Positions 11,896 to 24,644 of a stretch of DNA of 62,664 bases are shown piece after piece. Origin of the DNA: Vitrella brassicaformis CCMP3155 (Eukaryota > Protista > Chromerida). The notes beneath the pieces are model-generated. The model was not told where the DNA came from and did no database searches. It saw nothing but the letters and a program-made list of their open reading frames with translations. A program made the translations under genes and the position numbers. Every line of letters starts with the position of its first letter. Position 1 is the stretch's first letter. The stretch covers positions 1 through 62,664 of the forward strand of contig CDMY01000506.1 of assembly GCA_001179505.1 (NCBI GenBank), written 5' to 3'.

Positions 11896-14800
11896 TCATG
11901 TCCGTCTGATGGGCCTGACCTCCAAGCCGCGTGGCTTGTACCTGAATGCAATGGACGGAGGCAGGGAGGAGACACCACACCCATCGTGGGCATTGGCGTG
12001 GCTCGTTTGTGTGCCTCTCTCCCTCCCTCCCTCCCTCCCTTAAGGTTACGTGATCGAGAAATACGGCTCGGGCGGCTTCGTCACCTCAAAGACAAAGCGG
12101 CTGAACAGGGCCGCCATCGTCAAGCGAACCTGACCAGACAGACGAACAGACAATCCACACACACACACACACACAGTTGAGTGAGTGACAACCGTATACA
12201 TGTGCTGTCTGATGTGTCAGAATGACTGGCTGACCTCGATCATGGCCAGATTGGAGCCGATGCTGGTGGGTGGACGCCACAGAAAGAAACACACCCACAC
12301 AGGGCAGTGTTTGTTCCATTCAGATGTGGATGGTCTGTCTTGGGCTGGTGACTGACTGACTGACTGACCATGATCTTGGCGGGATGCTGAACGGCAGGAA
12401 CGTCTTGTTGTAGAGCTTCAGCTCCTCCTCGGTCGCCTCCAGCCAACGCTCTGGGCGAAACACCTTGCCGTCGCCCCATCTGACCACACACACACACACG
12501 CCCCGACACGGACAGGGACACATGAGACCCAGGAGTGTAGTGTGTTCGCGTGTATGCCTCTGTCTGTGTCGCGCCTCACATTCTGTCGTCTCTCATTCCG
12601 GCCAGAATGGGCGTGCCAATTTCGCATCCGCCAGGAATCCAATAGTCCACGCCGCGGGAGGTGACCTTGATGCCGCCCTCAGTCTTGCGGAAGCTCCCAT
12701 TCGACGCAACGGGTGTGCTGACAGACAGACAGACAGACAGACGTCACAATGCACACACGGACGGGTGTGTGTGTGCGTGTGGGTGTGGTCGGTTTCGGCA
12801 TCTGGCTTACAGTCTGAGGATCTCTTTGATGCACGCGTTGAAGTAGGGCAGCTGACTCAGCTCCTCGTAGGTGGGCAGCTGACCCGCGAAGCTGGCACCA
12901 TCCAGCTCCTGAACACCAGACAAACATAACACGATTTCACACTTGAAGATCGCTCTATCATCCATCCATCCATCAGGCTGAGTGACCTGTTGCATTTTCT
13001 TGAGGACTTGTGGGTTGGTGGAGAGGTGGTAAATGCCCCAAGAGATGGTGTAGCCCGTCGTGTCGTGCCTGCATCCATCAATGGACACATGGAATGAATG
13101 AATACATCATGAACAGCAGCGCTCGCCTCGCCAGCTGGAGCACACGCGTGTGCCTATTGTACGTGTATGTCTATCTATCTATCTACCCACCCGGCCCACA
13201 GCAGGTTGTAGATGTCGCAGATCTTCTCGAACTCACTACACAGACACACACACACACACACACACACATTCAGACACCAGACGACGAACGCATCGCATGA
13301 GGTTGTTTGTATGTATTGCTATCTGTGTGTGTGGCTGAGTCACTGACGACGGGTAGGGAGCCTTGTGGATGTATGCGATGACCGACGTGGTCTGCAGACC
13401 AACCACCCCACCCAAACACACAGACAGACACACACATGCGCACGCCCACACACCCACTGCACAGCGGCCATGCTTCTCACGTACGTCTCGTTTGTCGGGC
13501 GGTGTGTCGAGATAGTTCCTGTAGATCTTGTTGCACACGTGGCGGAACAGCCGCAGGGCCTTGTAGTACTTGCGCACATGACTCAGCCAGAACATGTAAG
13601 GCCTGCACATACACGGCGTACGCCAGCACATAGGAAGGAAGGCGATTCTCTGACCATGCGATGTGGGGTGGATGCGTGTGTACCTGAGTGGGACCAGGAC
13701 GGTGCATCTGGTTTCGTAAAAGATGACTTCGATTGCGTCCAGCACGGCCAACGCCTCGCCATTGCGCTTCTCGTCGAATGCGTGCAACGGATAGCTGACA
13801 CACAGACACACAGGCCACACACCGGACACGAATGAATGAATGAATGAACGAGCGGATGAGCTCTCGTGGGCACATACTTGAATGCGACTTCCCCGATCAT
13901 GTCGAGAGTGAAGCGGGTGGCCCACTCGGGCATGTTGATGGACTCGCCCTGCTCGGCCGCGCCATCGATGGCCTTGCAGAAATCGCCGATCACACGGTGG
14001 TAGATGGGCGTCTTGCTCACGAGGGTCTTGGTGCTGAGCCAAACAGGACACACACGAAACGACGACCATGGAGTCATCTCTCCGTCTGCCTCTCTGTCTG
14101 TCTGTCTGTCTGTCTGTCCCACTGCCCTTGCTACATACGAGAATGCCGGGCTGAGGGCCTTCCTAATCGCATGCCAATTCTCGCCAGCCGTCTGCACAAG
14201 ATCAGGAAGGAAGAATTGGCATGTCTTGTCTGCCTGTCTGTGTCGGTGGACTAGCTCAGGTTACCTTGCGCGTGATGATGCTCAACGTGGAGGTGAGGGC
14301 ATTCTCCTTGAAGAGATCGAACGCGTGATACTTGTCGCTCTTGTCGAGGCCGTCGCTGCAAGAAGCGAGATAGGCATCCACTCCAGGAAGGGACGAATGC
14401 ACAGATGACATGCAATCAGTGCATCTCACGGTCCGATGAGGGTGTCCCAGCAGGAGATGTCGGTACAGATGTATATCCTCTGGCCGAGGGGCAGCTGCAG
14501 GTAGAAAATGTCGCACCCGAGCTTGTCGCGCCATTCCTCATGCCTGCACACACAATCACACCCCACACAGGGAGTGAGAGAGAGCCACGTGCATGTGCTT
14601 GTGGGCAATAAGCTTTCTGTGCAAGGCTGTGTGTGGAGGGGGGGGGGGGGCNNNNNNNNNNNNNNNNNNNNNNNNNNNNNNNNNNNNNNNNNNNNNNNNN
14701 NNNNNNNNNNNNNNNNNNNNNNNNNNNNNNNNNNNNNNNNNNNNNNNNNNNNNNNNNNNNNNNNNNNNNNNNNNNNNNNNNNNNNNNNNNNNNNNNNNNN

Positions 14801-15316
14801 NNNNNNNNNNNNNNNNNNNNNNNNNNNNNNNNNNNNNNNNNNNNNNNNNNNNNNNNNNNNNNNNNNNNNNNNNNNNNNNNNNNNNNNNNNNNNNNNNNNN
14901 NNNNNNNNNNNNNNNNNNNNNNNNNNNNNNNNNNNNNNNNNNNNNNNNNNNGGGGGGGGGGGGGCGCTTCTTACATGTGCGGCTCTTTGCCTGCCATCAA
15001 GTTCTTCCACATAGTCTCCATCGACGTCGGCACGCCTACGAAAAGCACAGCACCATGCAATGACAGACAGTGATCAGTCTGCATGACTTGTGCGGCCATG
15101 CTCACGAGGGGGGTCACGCAGCTTTCGCCTCTCCTCTGCCGATATCTGGCGTGCGCCCTGCCGGCCGCCCTGCTTGCCATCCTTGGCTGCATGCTTGCGC
15201 CGCACCCGAATGAACTCCTCGAGGCCGACGAGGCAGACCACGCCGGCAGAGAGGGCGGCGACGAGGGGCAGCACGGAGGAGGCGGACTGGTCGAGGTTGG
15301 TGGTTGATGCCGGCAT
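11896..15316 (-). CDS. Cytochrome P450
   Basis: N-terminal hydrophobic anchor, C-helix WHAIRKALSPAF, I-helix AGHDTTG, ExxR (KEILRL), PERW, heme motif FSIPPRSCIG (spliced TG|C), C-terminus SITYKPRGLEVRPIRRT*. About 15 exons and one N gap. Confidence 0.95.
14652..14951. other. Assembly gap (300 N) flanked by poly-G
   Basis: 300 N between G runs, inside a P450 intron region. Confidence 0.99.
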
Positions 15317-15757
15317 GATGTGATGACCGCCGCTCAATGTCAAGAACGCTCCTTGCTGATTGACGAGCCGCGAAAGATCTGCCAATTGGAAGTCACGGCG
15401 GAAAAATGAGCGGGTGGTGGCTTCCGCAGCAGCGGTTTCATGGAGCACCCTAGGCGGCCTGTCCCAACATGACACCACCGACATGCAACACAGACACGCA
15501 ACACGCAGCACGCGGAGGGCAGAGGCAGCAAACAGGTGGATATGCAATGCGCTGCGAACGACGGCAACATACATACGAGCAGGCACACCGTTGATCTGAA
15601 AATCCGGGACGCTGACGGGCTGAGCGGATGAGTCGAACCATTGGATGGTTGGTATTGTGTAACGAGACTCGTGTCGAGACTCCACGCACTTGAACTGTGC
15701 TGCAATCGTCACTCACTGTCCACAGCCTAGTCCACCGAATGCCCCTCTGTACACATA

Positions 15758-16950
15758 TTAACTGCCCTTCGTCGGCACGTCATCATCGTCAGGCACCATC
15801 TCTTCCTTCGTCACAAGCAGCCCATACTGCCTCAGAGCGTCACGCAAGTCCCTCTTGAGGGGCGCCCCACTCGCCTCCAGCCACGCACCATATGTCTGCA
15901 TGGCTGCCTCCTCACACCGCCGCACGTCCTCAGTGCACCGCTCAAGCAATCTCGCCTCGTCGGAGCCATCAACGCCACTCGACTGTGTGTCGTGTCTTTG
16001 CTGGCTGCACTCGACCAGGATCTGGAAGCTCTCTGGGGCGACAGCTGAAAAGCTCTCGTGCCAGTAGTGCCGGTTGGCCGTGTCAAGCGGGTTGCCGTGG
16101 GCCTGATTGATGATCGATACACAAATGGATGCGGCACGGGTAGGGTGTCATCTGCATTGCTGTACTGTCCTGTTTCGTCACCTTGCGCCTCTCCAGCTCT
16201 TCAATCACTGTGGCCAGCCTCGACGCCCCTCGGGCATCCTCAGACACGAACCTCTGTGCGCGTGGATGAGACACACCATATCCAATCAATGACAGCAGTA
16301 CAGCAAGTGGTTGTTGGTTGGTGGGTTTTGGCTACCTGCACGTCAGCTATCCAGGGCTCCACATCTTCCTCGGCCACTCTACGCGACACACGCAGCAGCT
16401 GCTCGTTGTCATCGCCGGCAGCCTCGATTTCTACATCCTCAGCACAAGCAAAGCATATGACGCCTAGGCATCATCGCATTCTTGCCCTGCACACCCACCT
16501 TTCGGCCTCAGTGTGAGTGCGCAGCAAAGGAAGAACCTAAACCCAGGAGCATGAAGCAAAGCAAGGTTGATGGTGAAAATCAAAGACAAACAGGTGTGGC
16601 ACAGACATACTCGCCCAGGGCGGCCTCCGCCTTCTCGTTGACCACAAAGCCATGAGTCTTGAAGTCCTGCTCACAGCCAGACAAGCTAGGTGCGTTGCGT
16701 CCTCCTGGCCCCTGTATGCGTGCATTCATCTGACCTTCTCGTCGACGGCATTCAAGACTACATTGTACAGCGGAAGGCACGGCTTGAGCCTCTGGAGCAT
16801 CGGAAAATGGACATCTTGGCATCTCTGCATCCACTGGGGCCTCCGCAACAGCTGTGAGCAGTGACGAGCACCTGAACAGCACACAGCATCAGATCTGCTT
16901 CATCCACGTGCCTGTTTTGCAGAGATCTGTCCAGGTTCATACATACATGC
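15758..16950 (-). CDS. Hypothetical multi-exon protein
   Basis: Exons join in frame: ...WMQRCQDVHFPMLQRLKPCLPLYNVVLNAVDEK/DFKTHGFVVNEKAEAALGE/FFLCCALTLRPK/GVICFACAEDV...IADVQ/RFVSEDARG...ERRK/AHGNPLD...PTKGS*. The start codon is uncertain. Confidence 0.55.
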
Positions 16951-17089
16951 AAGTGCCAGCCATTCCGCCATTCCCCCTCACAGCAAAGCTCGCCAATTAT
17001 AAGCTCGCATTCGGAGCTGCGGCAGAAAATTGACGAGGCTTCAAAATCTGCAGCTTCACCGTCATCTGTTTGCTGACCGATCTCCCCTC

Positions 17090-19048
17090 ATGCATCCGTC
17101 AAGCGAAAGCCCTGATGTTGTCGCCGCGAATGGCGGCCACTCAAGCGTCCCTGCGGCCGAGCCCGATGCCCTGTCGCCGTGTCCGAACGTGGAGGCGAGG
17201 TTCGACGACCGCCCCTGCTGGTACCCGGGTGAGGTGATGGACATCCCGGTGTTCGCCAAGGACGATGACCCGGTGCCCGTGAGGTTTGAGGACGGCGGGG
17301 AGAGGAGCGTGCCTCTCAAGTGGATCAGGAGGGCACCCGTCAGCATGCCAGACCCCGCGTGGTACGATCATACACTGACTGCATCACTCACGCAGGCAGC
17401 GGATTGTGTTTGTGTTTGTGTTTCTCTGACTGTCTGTGTGTCAGGGCGCCCCAGAGTGGCGAGAGGGTGGAGGTGTATTTCGCGGCCACATCGGACGCTC
17501 CCCGTCACTGGATGACGGGTATCATCTCGCATGTCGAGGAGGGCTTCCACTTCATCAACTTCCCGCCCCACAGTGGGGAGCACTGCCAGCAGATGATCTT
17601 CGAGAAGGAGCACCTGCGGCCCGTCTACGAGGAGTCGCCCATCGACCTCACCAAGCTCAGCAGGCACCTCCAGCCCCTGCCAACAGAGCTACACAACTGG
17701 GCCGTGTCAGCCGATGGCCGCGCCTGCTTCCTGCAGGTGAGGGAGCAGGCGGCCCTGCTGCAGATCCAAGTGAGGGACGGCGACAAGCTCCTGCTGCTGG
17801 GCACCACCGAGGCAATCAAGCGGGCGGAGCTCATGCTCAAGGTGCACATCAAGCACCAGAAGGAGATACAGGTGTTCCAGGAGCGACGCGAGCGGCGGCT
17901 GAAACTCCTCGAGGAGCGTCGCGTCAAGTACGAGTCGAGCCTGACCTGTGAGTTCGAGGCCGACCAGAGCGTCGTGGGCGTCATGATCGGCAAGTCGGGA
18001 GAGAACCTCGCTCGCATCTCAAAGCAATTCGGGGTAAGGAAGGAAAGCAGCGGACAACAACACACTCATGACTGTGTAACTGTACTGCATGGCTGTCAGG
18101 TCGAGATTCGTGTGTTGCCGGCTGGTGCTGAGGGCAGCACGCACCGCATCGTGCGCATCTTCGGTGAGTCCAACGACAGTGTGCAGGCGGCCCGACAGGA
18201 GCTCGAGTACCTCTCGCACTCGTACCCCGTCGAGCGCAACATCTGGCACTGGATGCTCAACCAACAGGGGGTCTCTACCAACGACCTCAAGCGGAAAACG
18301 GGCGTCAAACAGGCCACGTACGTCACGAAATGCGACAGAGGGGAAGGCACAGAGAGATCATTCGCTGAGCGGTCGCTTGTATGAGTGTGTGCAGGTATGA
18401 CGATGCCCAGCAGTGCGTGGTGCTTCAGGGCAAGAAGGCCGCCATCGACGACGCCATAATGCTACTCGACAGCCACAAGGAATACTTCATGGTCAGATAC
18501 AGACATACATACATCAACACGCGGGACATGTGTCGACCCTGCAGGTGTATGAGAACATGAACAAAGAGAGCGAGGAAATCCAGCACAGATTCGAAGACGT
18601 AGGCACCAACAGCCACAGCTAGCAATCCAATCCCACTGCTTCCGTCCTTGTTGATCAGCTTGAGGTGCGTGCGGGCCCCCGGGGCGGTCCCCGTGGCCCT
18701 CGCGGCGGTCGGGGCGGCAGGGGGCGAGGTCTCCCCGAGCCAGGCGGCAGCGACGCAAGTGCTGACGCGGACAGAGGGGGGGCCAACCCAGAACACGGAC
18801 ATGGGAGGGGTAAGGAGATAGACACCACACAGAGAGGAGCCATACAACCATTGATCGACACCCTGTCTGAGTGGATGGGCATGACACGTGCAGGTGGCCC
18901 TCCCCGTGGCGGTCGTGGCGGCCCTCACTACGGCCCCAACCAGCTGCCGCTGAGAGGGGGAGGTGGACGGGGGAGGGGCGGGCCGCCGAGGGGCGGACAC
19001 AGAGGCAGGGGGAGCAACGGCATGATGACGGCAGAAGGGGCAGCATGA
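17090..19048 (+). CDS. FXR1-like: FMR1/FXR-like RNA-binding protein (2 Agenet/Tudor, KH0, KH1, KH2, RGG box)
   Basis: GERVEVYFAATSDAPRHWMTGIISHVEEGFHFINF matches Agenet 2. KRAELMLKVHIK matches KH0. VVGVMIGKSGENL matches KH1. IFGESNDSVQAARQELEY and AIMLLDSHKEYF match FMRP blocks. The C-terminus has RGG/RG repeats. Confidence 0.88.
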
Positions 19049-19718
19049 CTCAGCAAGACTAGACGAGGTGCCGGGTCATGGATCGATCGACTGTTCGGTA
19101 TTTGTGTGTGCGAGGGCATGGGACGACATTCGTGCGACGGTTTTGTGCCCGCGAGAATGTGCTTCGTTCACCTGTATAGCGAGAGCTAGATGATAAGGGG
19201 AATAGTGCTTGCGATACATACGTCACTCTAAGTGTCTCTGGGTGGGGAGTCGGCTTTGTCATGTGCGATGTCTGTCTTGTGTGGACATGCATCTATCTCT
19301 GCGTGCCGTCTCACTTCTGCTACAAACATTGATGCCCGCTGTTCTCACTCATCGACACCCTCTCTTCCCGCCTGTCTGCTTGGCCGCGGACAGGCGGGCC
19401 GAGATGGTGGTGGTGGTCGTGTGCAGCAGGCATCAAGGCAGAAGGGAGCCTGGCCGCTGGTGACTTCGCAGGAAACTGTGCAATGAGTTCAATGCGTCCG
19501 GTCGACACTCTAGCTGGCAAATTGACCGTGCTGCCGTCTTGAGACTGGGGGCGTCTCAAGAGATTCGCTTCCTCCTTGAGTCGCAATCGGTGAGTCGTAG
19601 AGCACGTGTGCTGACGTTAGTGCCGACATGCCACTGTCCATTGTCTTTGCTGTGTGTCCGCGCAGGTCACTCCGTGCTTACAATCAGCCGGCTCTGAGTC
19701 CCCAATCAGTTGTCCGCA

Positions 19719-20292
19719 ATGAAAGGCTCAACGGCGTCGGTATCGCCAATGGTTGGCCCTGGCCGCTCCCCTTCCCTGGAAGCGTGCCTGTGCTACTTAC
19801 TGCACGCCATCAGCATACTCACCGCCCTGCTCATCATCGGCAACGGCCTCCTCGTCATTGTCTGGTACGTGTGGGGCCCCGTGCTCTTCTTCGTCAACTG
19901 GGTGGTGGCCGTGGCCCTCCTCTTCTTCGGCGGCCTCCTACTTGCGGCGGACCTCAAGTGTGTAGAAAGGATGGGCTATTTCCCCTTCCTCTACTCATGT
20001 AAGCAGCTGGTGCATCGATGGGATGGTCTCTGTCTTGCCTGCATACAGTGCGTGTGTGTCGATGTGGTGTCTTGCAGCTGTCGGCCGGGGCCTCTTCATC
20101 ATTTTGTGCGGCCTGCTGTCGGTCGATCTTTCGACACTCTTCGGCATCGCTGCTGGTGGCCTGATCACCGTGCTGGGCGTCGTCTACTGCCTTTTGGGCG
20201 GGTGCTGGCTGCAGGGCTGCCCCAAGCCGCTGCTACAGAGGAACGAGCGGGTCATATGTCTCACCACGCACATCAACTTCATCGACTTCTGA
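19719..20292 (+). CDS. TVP15: COPI-associated / TVP15-like Golgi membrane protein
   Basis: Four hydrophobic segments and the family motif YFPFLYS/SVGRGLFIILCG across a phase-1 intron. Confidence 0.8.
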
Positions 20293-23200
20293 CCCGAATG
20301 CCGGCTCGCTCTCGACAATGTGTGTGTGTCCGTATGATGCATGGATGCGACTGCATGGCCACCGAGACCGTGTGTATGGACTGTGATCCCTTCTCATTCC
20401 ATCGATTGCGGGTCTTTCCAGAATGTATCTCCCCCTCCATGCCTCCACGCAGCACTGGGGGCCCCTCCGGTGCATATGAATCGATTCTCTATGCCAAAAC
20501 GAGCCCATCGTCGCTGAGACATTGCCTCACCTTGTCCATCAACTCACGTAGGCGCACAACATCTACACCCTCCCCCGCACCGCCCCTGTCTACCCGCCAG
20601 CAGAACCTCGTCGCAAACAGTACGACAAACTCCAGGTCTGAACTGGGACCACCATCCAAAAGAAGGCCGCTCTCATCATCTCCCCTGCCGCCCTTTGCTG
20701 CCTTGCCCCCAGGGAAGAGCGGTGTCCATGTCTGTCTCACTTTGGTGTCCGTATGGTCTGCGTGGGGCAGGTCTCTCTTTTTGAGCGACTGCATAATGGT
20801 GCGGAAAGCGGGCAGGGGGACTGCCGTGATGGGCGGTGGGGCGGGCAGTTTGTTAAGACGTGTCTCAATCGCTGCTTGGAGGCCCATCTGGAAGTAGCGT
20901 GCCAGGCGATGGCTGAGGATGATCCAGCGATAGAGGGGATACTGCAAATAGACACATTCAGAGGGGTGTCTAGTCCGGCATCCAGCGATCGATATCTCTT
21001 CCTATTGAGCCTTACCAGTTTCATATTGATCTTCTCGGTGTCCACCTTGGTTTGCAGTTCCTTCAGCTGGGCCTCACTCGGCCATCCAGTCCTGACCCGC
21101 GCTATCACCTCCGCCTCAAAGGCAGCCAGCTCATCACTGGAGGGGGCCCGAAACACACTCTCGGACAGCCCCGCTGCTGCTGCCGTCGGGATGCTCCTGA
21201 TTGGCCTTGCACGCTGCTGCTGGTGTGACTGGTAGCGCCGCTCGATGGTCCTGACGGCGGCCTTCTGCTTTTGTTGTTGTCTCCTGGCCAGCATGCCTCT
21301 GGCGTGTCGCTGCAGCTTGATGGCTTCCTTCTCTTGATGCTTGTGAGTGCGGCGGTCGGCCTGCTGTGTCTTGATGCTGCGCATGTCCCTGCGGCGCAGA
21401 TAGGCTCCCTGGATGAGCCGACAGCTGCATGCAAATACGGATGGAAGAGGGAGATAGGTCCGTGGCACTCAGGCTATGTCATGTCTCACCTCTTCTCTCG
21501 TCGCCTGCGCCTAAACAAAAACTGCAGCGGTCGGTTGAACAAACGAAGCGAGAAAGTGCATGGGTGTGGGGTGTGTGGTGTCTTGATGTTTGCGTGCCTG
21601 GAGTCTGAGTATGAGTACCAGCTGCTTTGCGGCATTGCGCTTCTGTCTGTGATGGGCCGTCCTCCGCCAGTGCCGCTGCAAGCGACTCGCGGCCTGCATG
21701 ATCGATCCATTATCCATAGCTATGCAGGAAAGCAACCCTCTATCGGATACTGTCTCACTGACTTGGTTGCTCCTCTTCATCAGCTCGGCGCTTCTTTTGC
21801 GGCCCTCATCGAGTTCACGCTGCAGACTGCACACACAAGAAGGTCTGAGTCAATTACCGACCAACCAGGACTGAACTGTTTGCAAAGATGCTCACGTTTC
21901 AACTCTTGCAGCCGCCTCAGCTCTCGTCTGGCTGTAGCCTACACGCGCATCGGCCTGCACAGAAAGCAGAGCGTCTTCTTTCTCCTATATGTGATAGCGC
22001 TTCTTACGCTTCTGCTCATCTCTTCCTGCAGCTGCCTTAGTTCTTGGAGTCTCTTCCTCTCGGCCTCAAGCAGCTCCACACTGGTAACATAAGAAGTGCC
22101 TGATAGCAGAAACACACGCGTTGGCACGTATGTGCCGTTTTGTCTCACGAGGTGTAACTACTGGCTAACGCACCGACATTTCGTTCCTCCTTGCCGACCT
22201 CCCGGACTGCCTCGCGCAGCTCAGACACCTCAGCGTCCTTAGCCGCAAGCTGCCGACCCGTCGTGGGAAGAAGTTCATCGAATCTCGATTGATTCTCCCA
22301 TAGCATACCTCTTTTCTCTCGACGTGGATGAAATCACGGTGAAGTGCAGCACGCTGCTCACGCACATTACGAAGGTCCGACGGCTGAAGGACAGAGGAGT
22401 CCATACGAATGATCCGTGTCCCTCTAGGTCCCAACACGGATACCTGTATATGGTCTGGCGGCTTGTTGATTCCCCATGAGCGGACCATGCTCGGATCGAG
22501 AAGGTGGACAACAGGCGTCCACCCACACTGGCCATCAAGGAGCTGACGCACCAACGATCGATCAGGATGAGCAAATGATTGCCCTATAAATTGTTTCCTA
22601 CGGCGCATCTGGCATCGTATAGGGTGAGAGCTAGCTGTGAGGCGTCAGCCAGAGAGTGCAGCTCGGGCACAGTGTACCGCTGAGTGACAATGACACGGCA
22701 ACACACACGCACAGTGAGAATACCGCATGTGTGGATTATCACCTTCATCTCCAAGTGCCCTCTGCGGATGGAGGCCTCAACTTGCTTCACAGACACACGA
22801 AACAAGAGACACATCAATCTCCATTGAATAGAGGAGTACGGTGTTCCCTCACCTGTCTCCTTTTCTCATCCGTCGGCATGGCCTTCAATGCTCTCAGCCA
22901 GCAATCAAGCCCATCGGCCCGCCGCCTCTGCAAGCATGTCTGCAGGTGCCGCATTAGCAGCGTGCGATCGAGAGCTGTGAGGATGCCGGAGGGCTGGATG
23001 GCATGGACAATGTGGATCAAGGCACTGGCCGGGATGACAGGCGACTTCAGTGCGAGAAGGTCGTCGAATTGGTGGGAGACTTCTGCGTATTCCTGTGAGC
23101 CCATGCACTGTTGGCAGATGCATGAGACATCCAGTCATTCAGGACACCAACACGTCTGCTCGACTTGATACCTGCACACACACACCTGCACGTGTCTGTC

Positions 23201-24571
23201 CAGGATTCCACCCAGCGCCATCAGGTGTGCCTTGACATCTGAATCGATGTATGAAGGACCTCTGCCCTCCGACATGGCCCCTGCAAGAAAGAGGAGAAAG
23301 TGTCTGTGTCTTGCAGGTCACAGGCTGCCTACTCGCCGTTGCGGCGTGGCTGAGATCGTGGCGCGGCTTCCTGGGCGAGGACGGCAGTGAGACGGACGGT
23401 CGGTGGAGGAGAGTCAGGAACTGCTGCATCAGGGCATCCTCACGACTCCTGGCCGCACACACACATCCACATGAGACGCGAGCCGCACCATGAAGCACAG
23501 AATGTTTTTTCAGTACTTGAGCTGTCGTCTTCGTTTCTCCATGAGTCTACACTCATCTTCTATTACCTCTGCCTCATGTTCGCAGCGCTCCATAGCACCC
23601 TGACCAACGCCAAACACCACACCAATCAATAGATACTCTCAATCTTGTCTGCCATACCTACCTCCATGTCTTCTTTGCTGGGCCCGAGCCGCTCCACCAG
23701 TCTGGGCTTTGGGAGGCCTGGCGGCAAAGGCCCCTCTTTGCCCGTCAGCCGCCGCACGTGCTCCACGCCGGGCGGCACACGGCCACTGTACATGTACACA
23801 TCAGCCTTGGACAGCTCGGGGGCCACGCGAGTCAGCTTGTCGGCTCGAAATATTGGAGTGCCTGCTCGCTGGGGCGAGGCTGTTGTCGGCCGACCTCTTG
23901 TAGTGGACAGGGGACGGCTGCGTGGTGCGGGCAGAGATGGATGGATCGCATTGTAATGTTTGACTTTCTCGTCGGTCTCACCTGCTGGTTACGGCAGCAG
24001 GTGGAGTGGTGGGCCTCGTGGCGGCCAAAGGCGACGGCGTCGTCTGGGCAGTCCGGCACAATGCCTGCAGATGCAGATCAGAACAAAGAATCAGCATGAT
24101 GCTCATCTGATACATGCATGGGAGATTGCTTACCTTTTTGTGGAGAGTATCCCTTACTGAATACTCTTCGTCGAGAGCACGCTTCGACCACTCAAGACGT
24201 CCTCTTTTGGTCCTCTCGAGCCCCCCCTCGCCCTCGATAGGCCTTATTGGTCCCTTATAGAACTGCACAAGGCTCATGGGCCGCAGGCCGTCCTTCTTCC
24301 GTCGTGCCGGCACTTTACTCTTAGTCTTGACAGGATTCTTAATGGCCAGGCGCCCCCCTCTTGCCTTTGGTGGAGCATTGATCGTCTCCGGCAGGGTGGG
24401 AATCTCAAGTGTGCGCACTGTTGGTGGCTCAGATTGCTCCCCCTGCGTGAATGGGCTGCGATCTGCCGTGCCAAGAGTGACCACTGACGGGCTCGGTGAG
24501 GCGCTTGGGGCGCCCGGGGGTGGAGCTGCCACTCGAACATGGTCATCATACATGTCCTCAAAGTCAGCCAT
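20233..24571 (-). CDS. Large IQ-motif / coiled-coil protein
   Basis: Starts MADFEDMYDD (24571). Exons join through to the IQ motifs AASRLQRHWRR, RLIQGAYLRRR and AIKLQRHARGMLARR and the coiled coil ELLEAERKRLQELRQLQEEM. The last exon and stop are uncertain (between 20233 and ~20530). Confidence 0.72.
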
Positions 24572-24644
24572 TGCGCCGAAGGGAGGGGAAAAACTCGAAG
24601 CTTGCGAGACGCGTCTCAGGCCCCCACGCCCCCTGAACTCAGAG

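Noticed and set aside
14640-14965. Poly-G runs flanking gaps as functional G-quadruplex elements
   Set aside because: They directly abut N gaps (also 55411-55750), so their length and identity are unreliable and probably reflect sequencing dropout
15316-15712. In-frame upstream extension of the P450 ORF
   Set aside because: The sequence before MPASTT is not P450-like, and the membrane anchor follows the 15316 ATG, so it is probably 5' UTR
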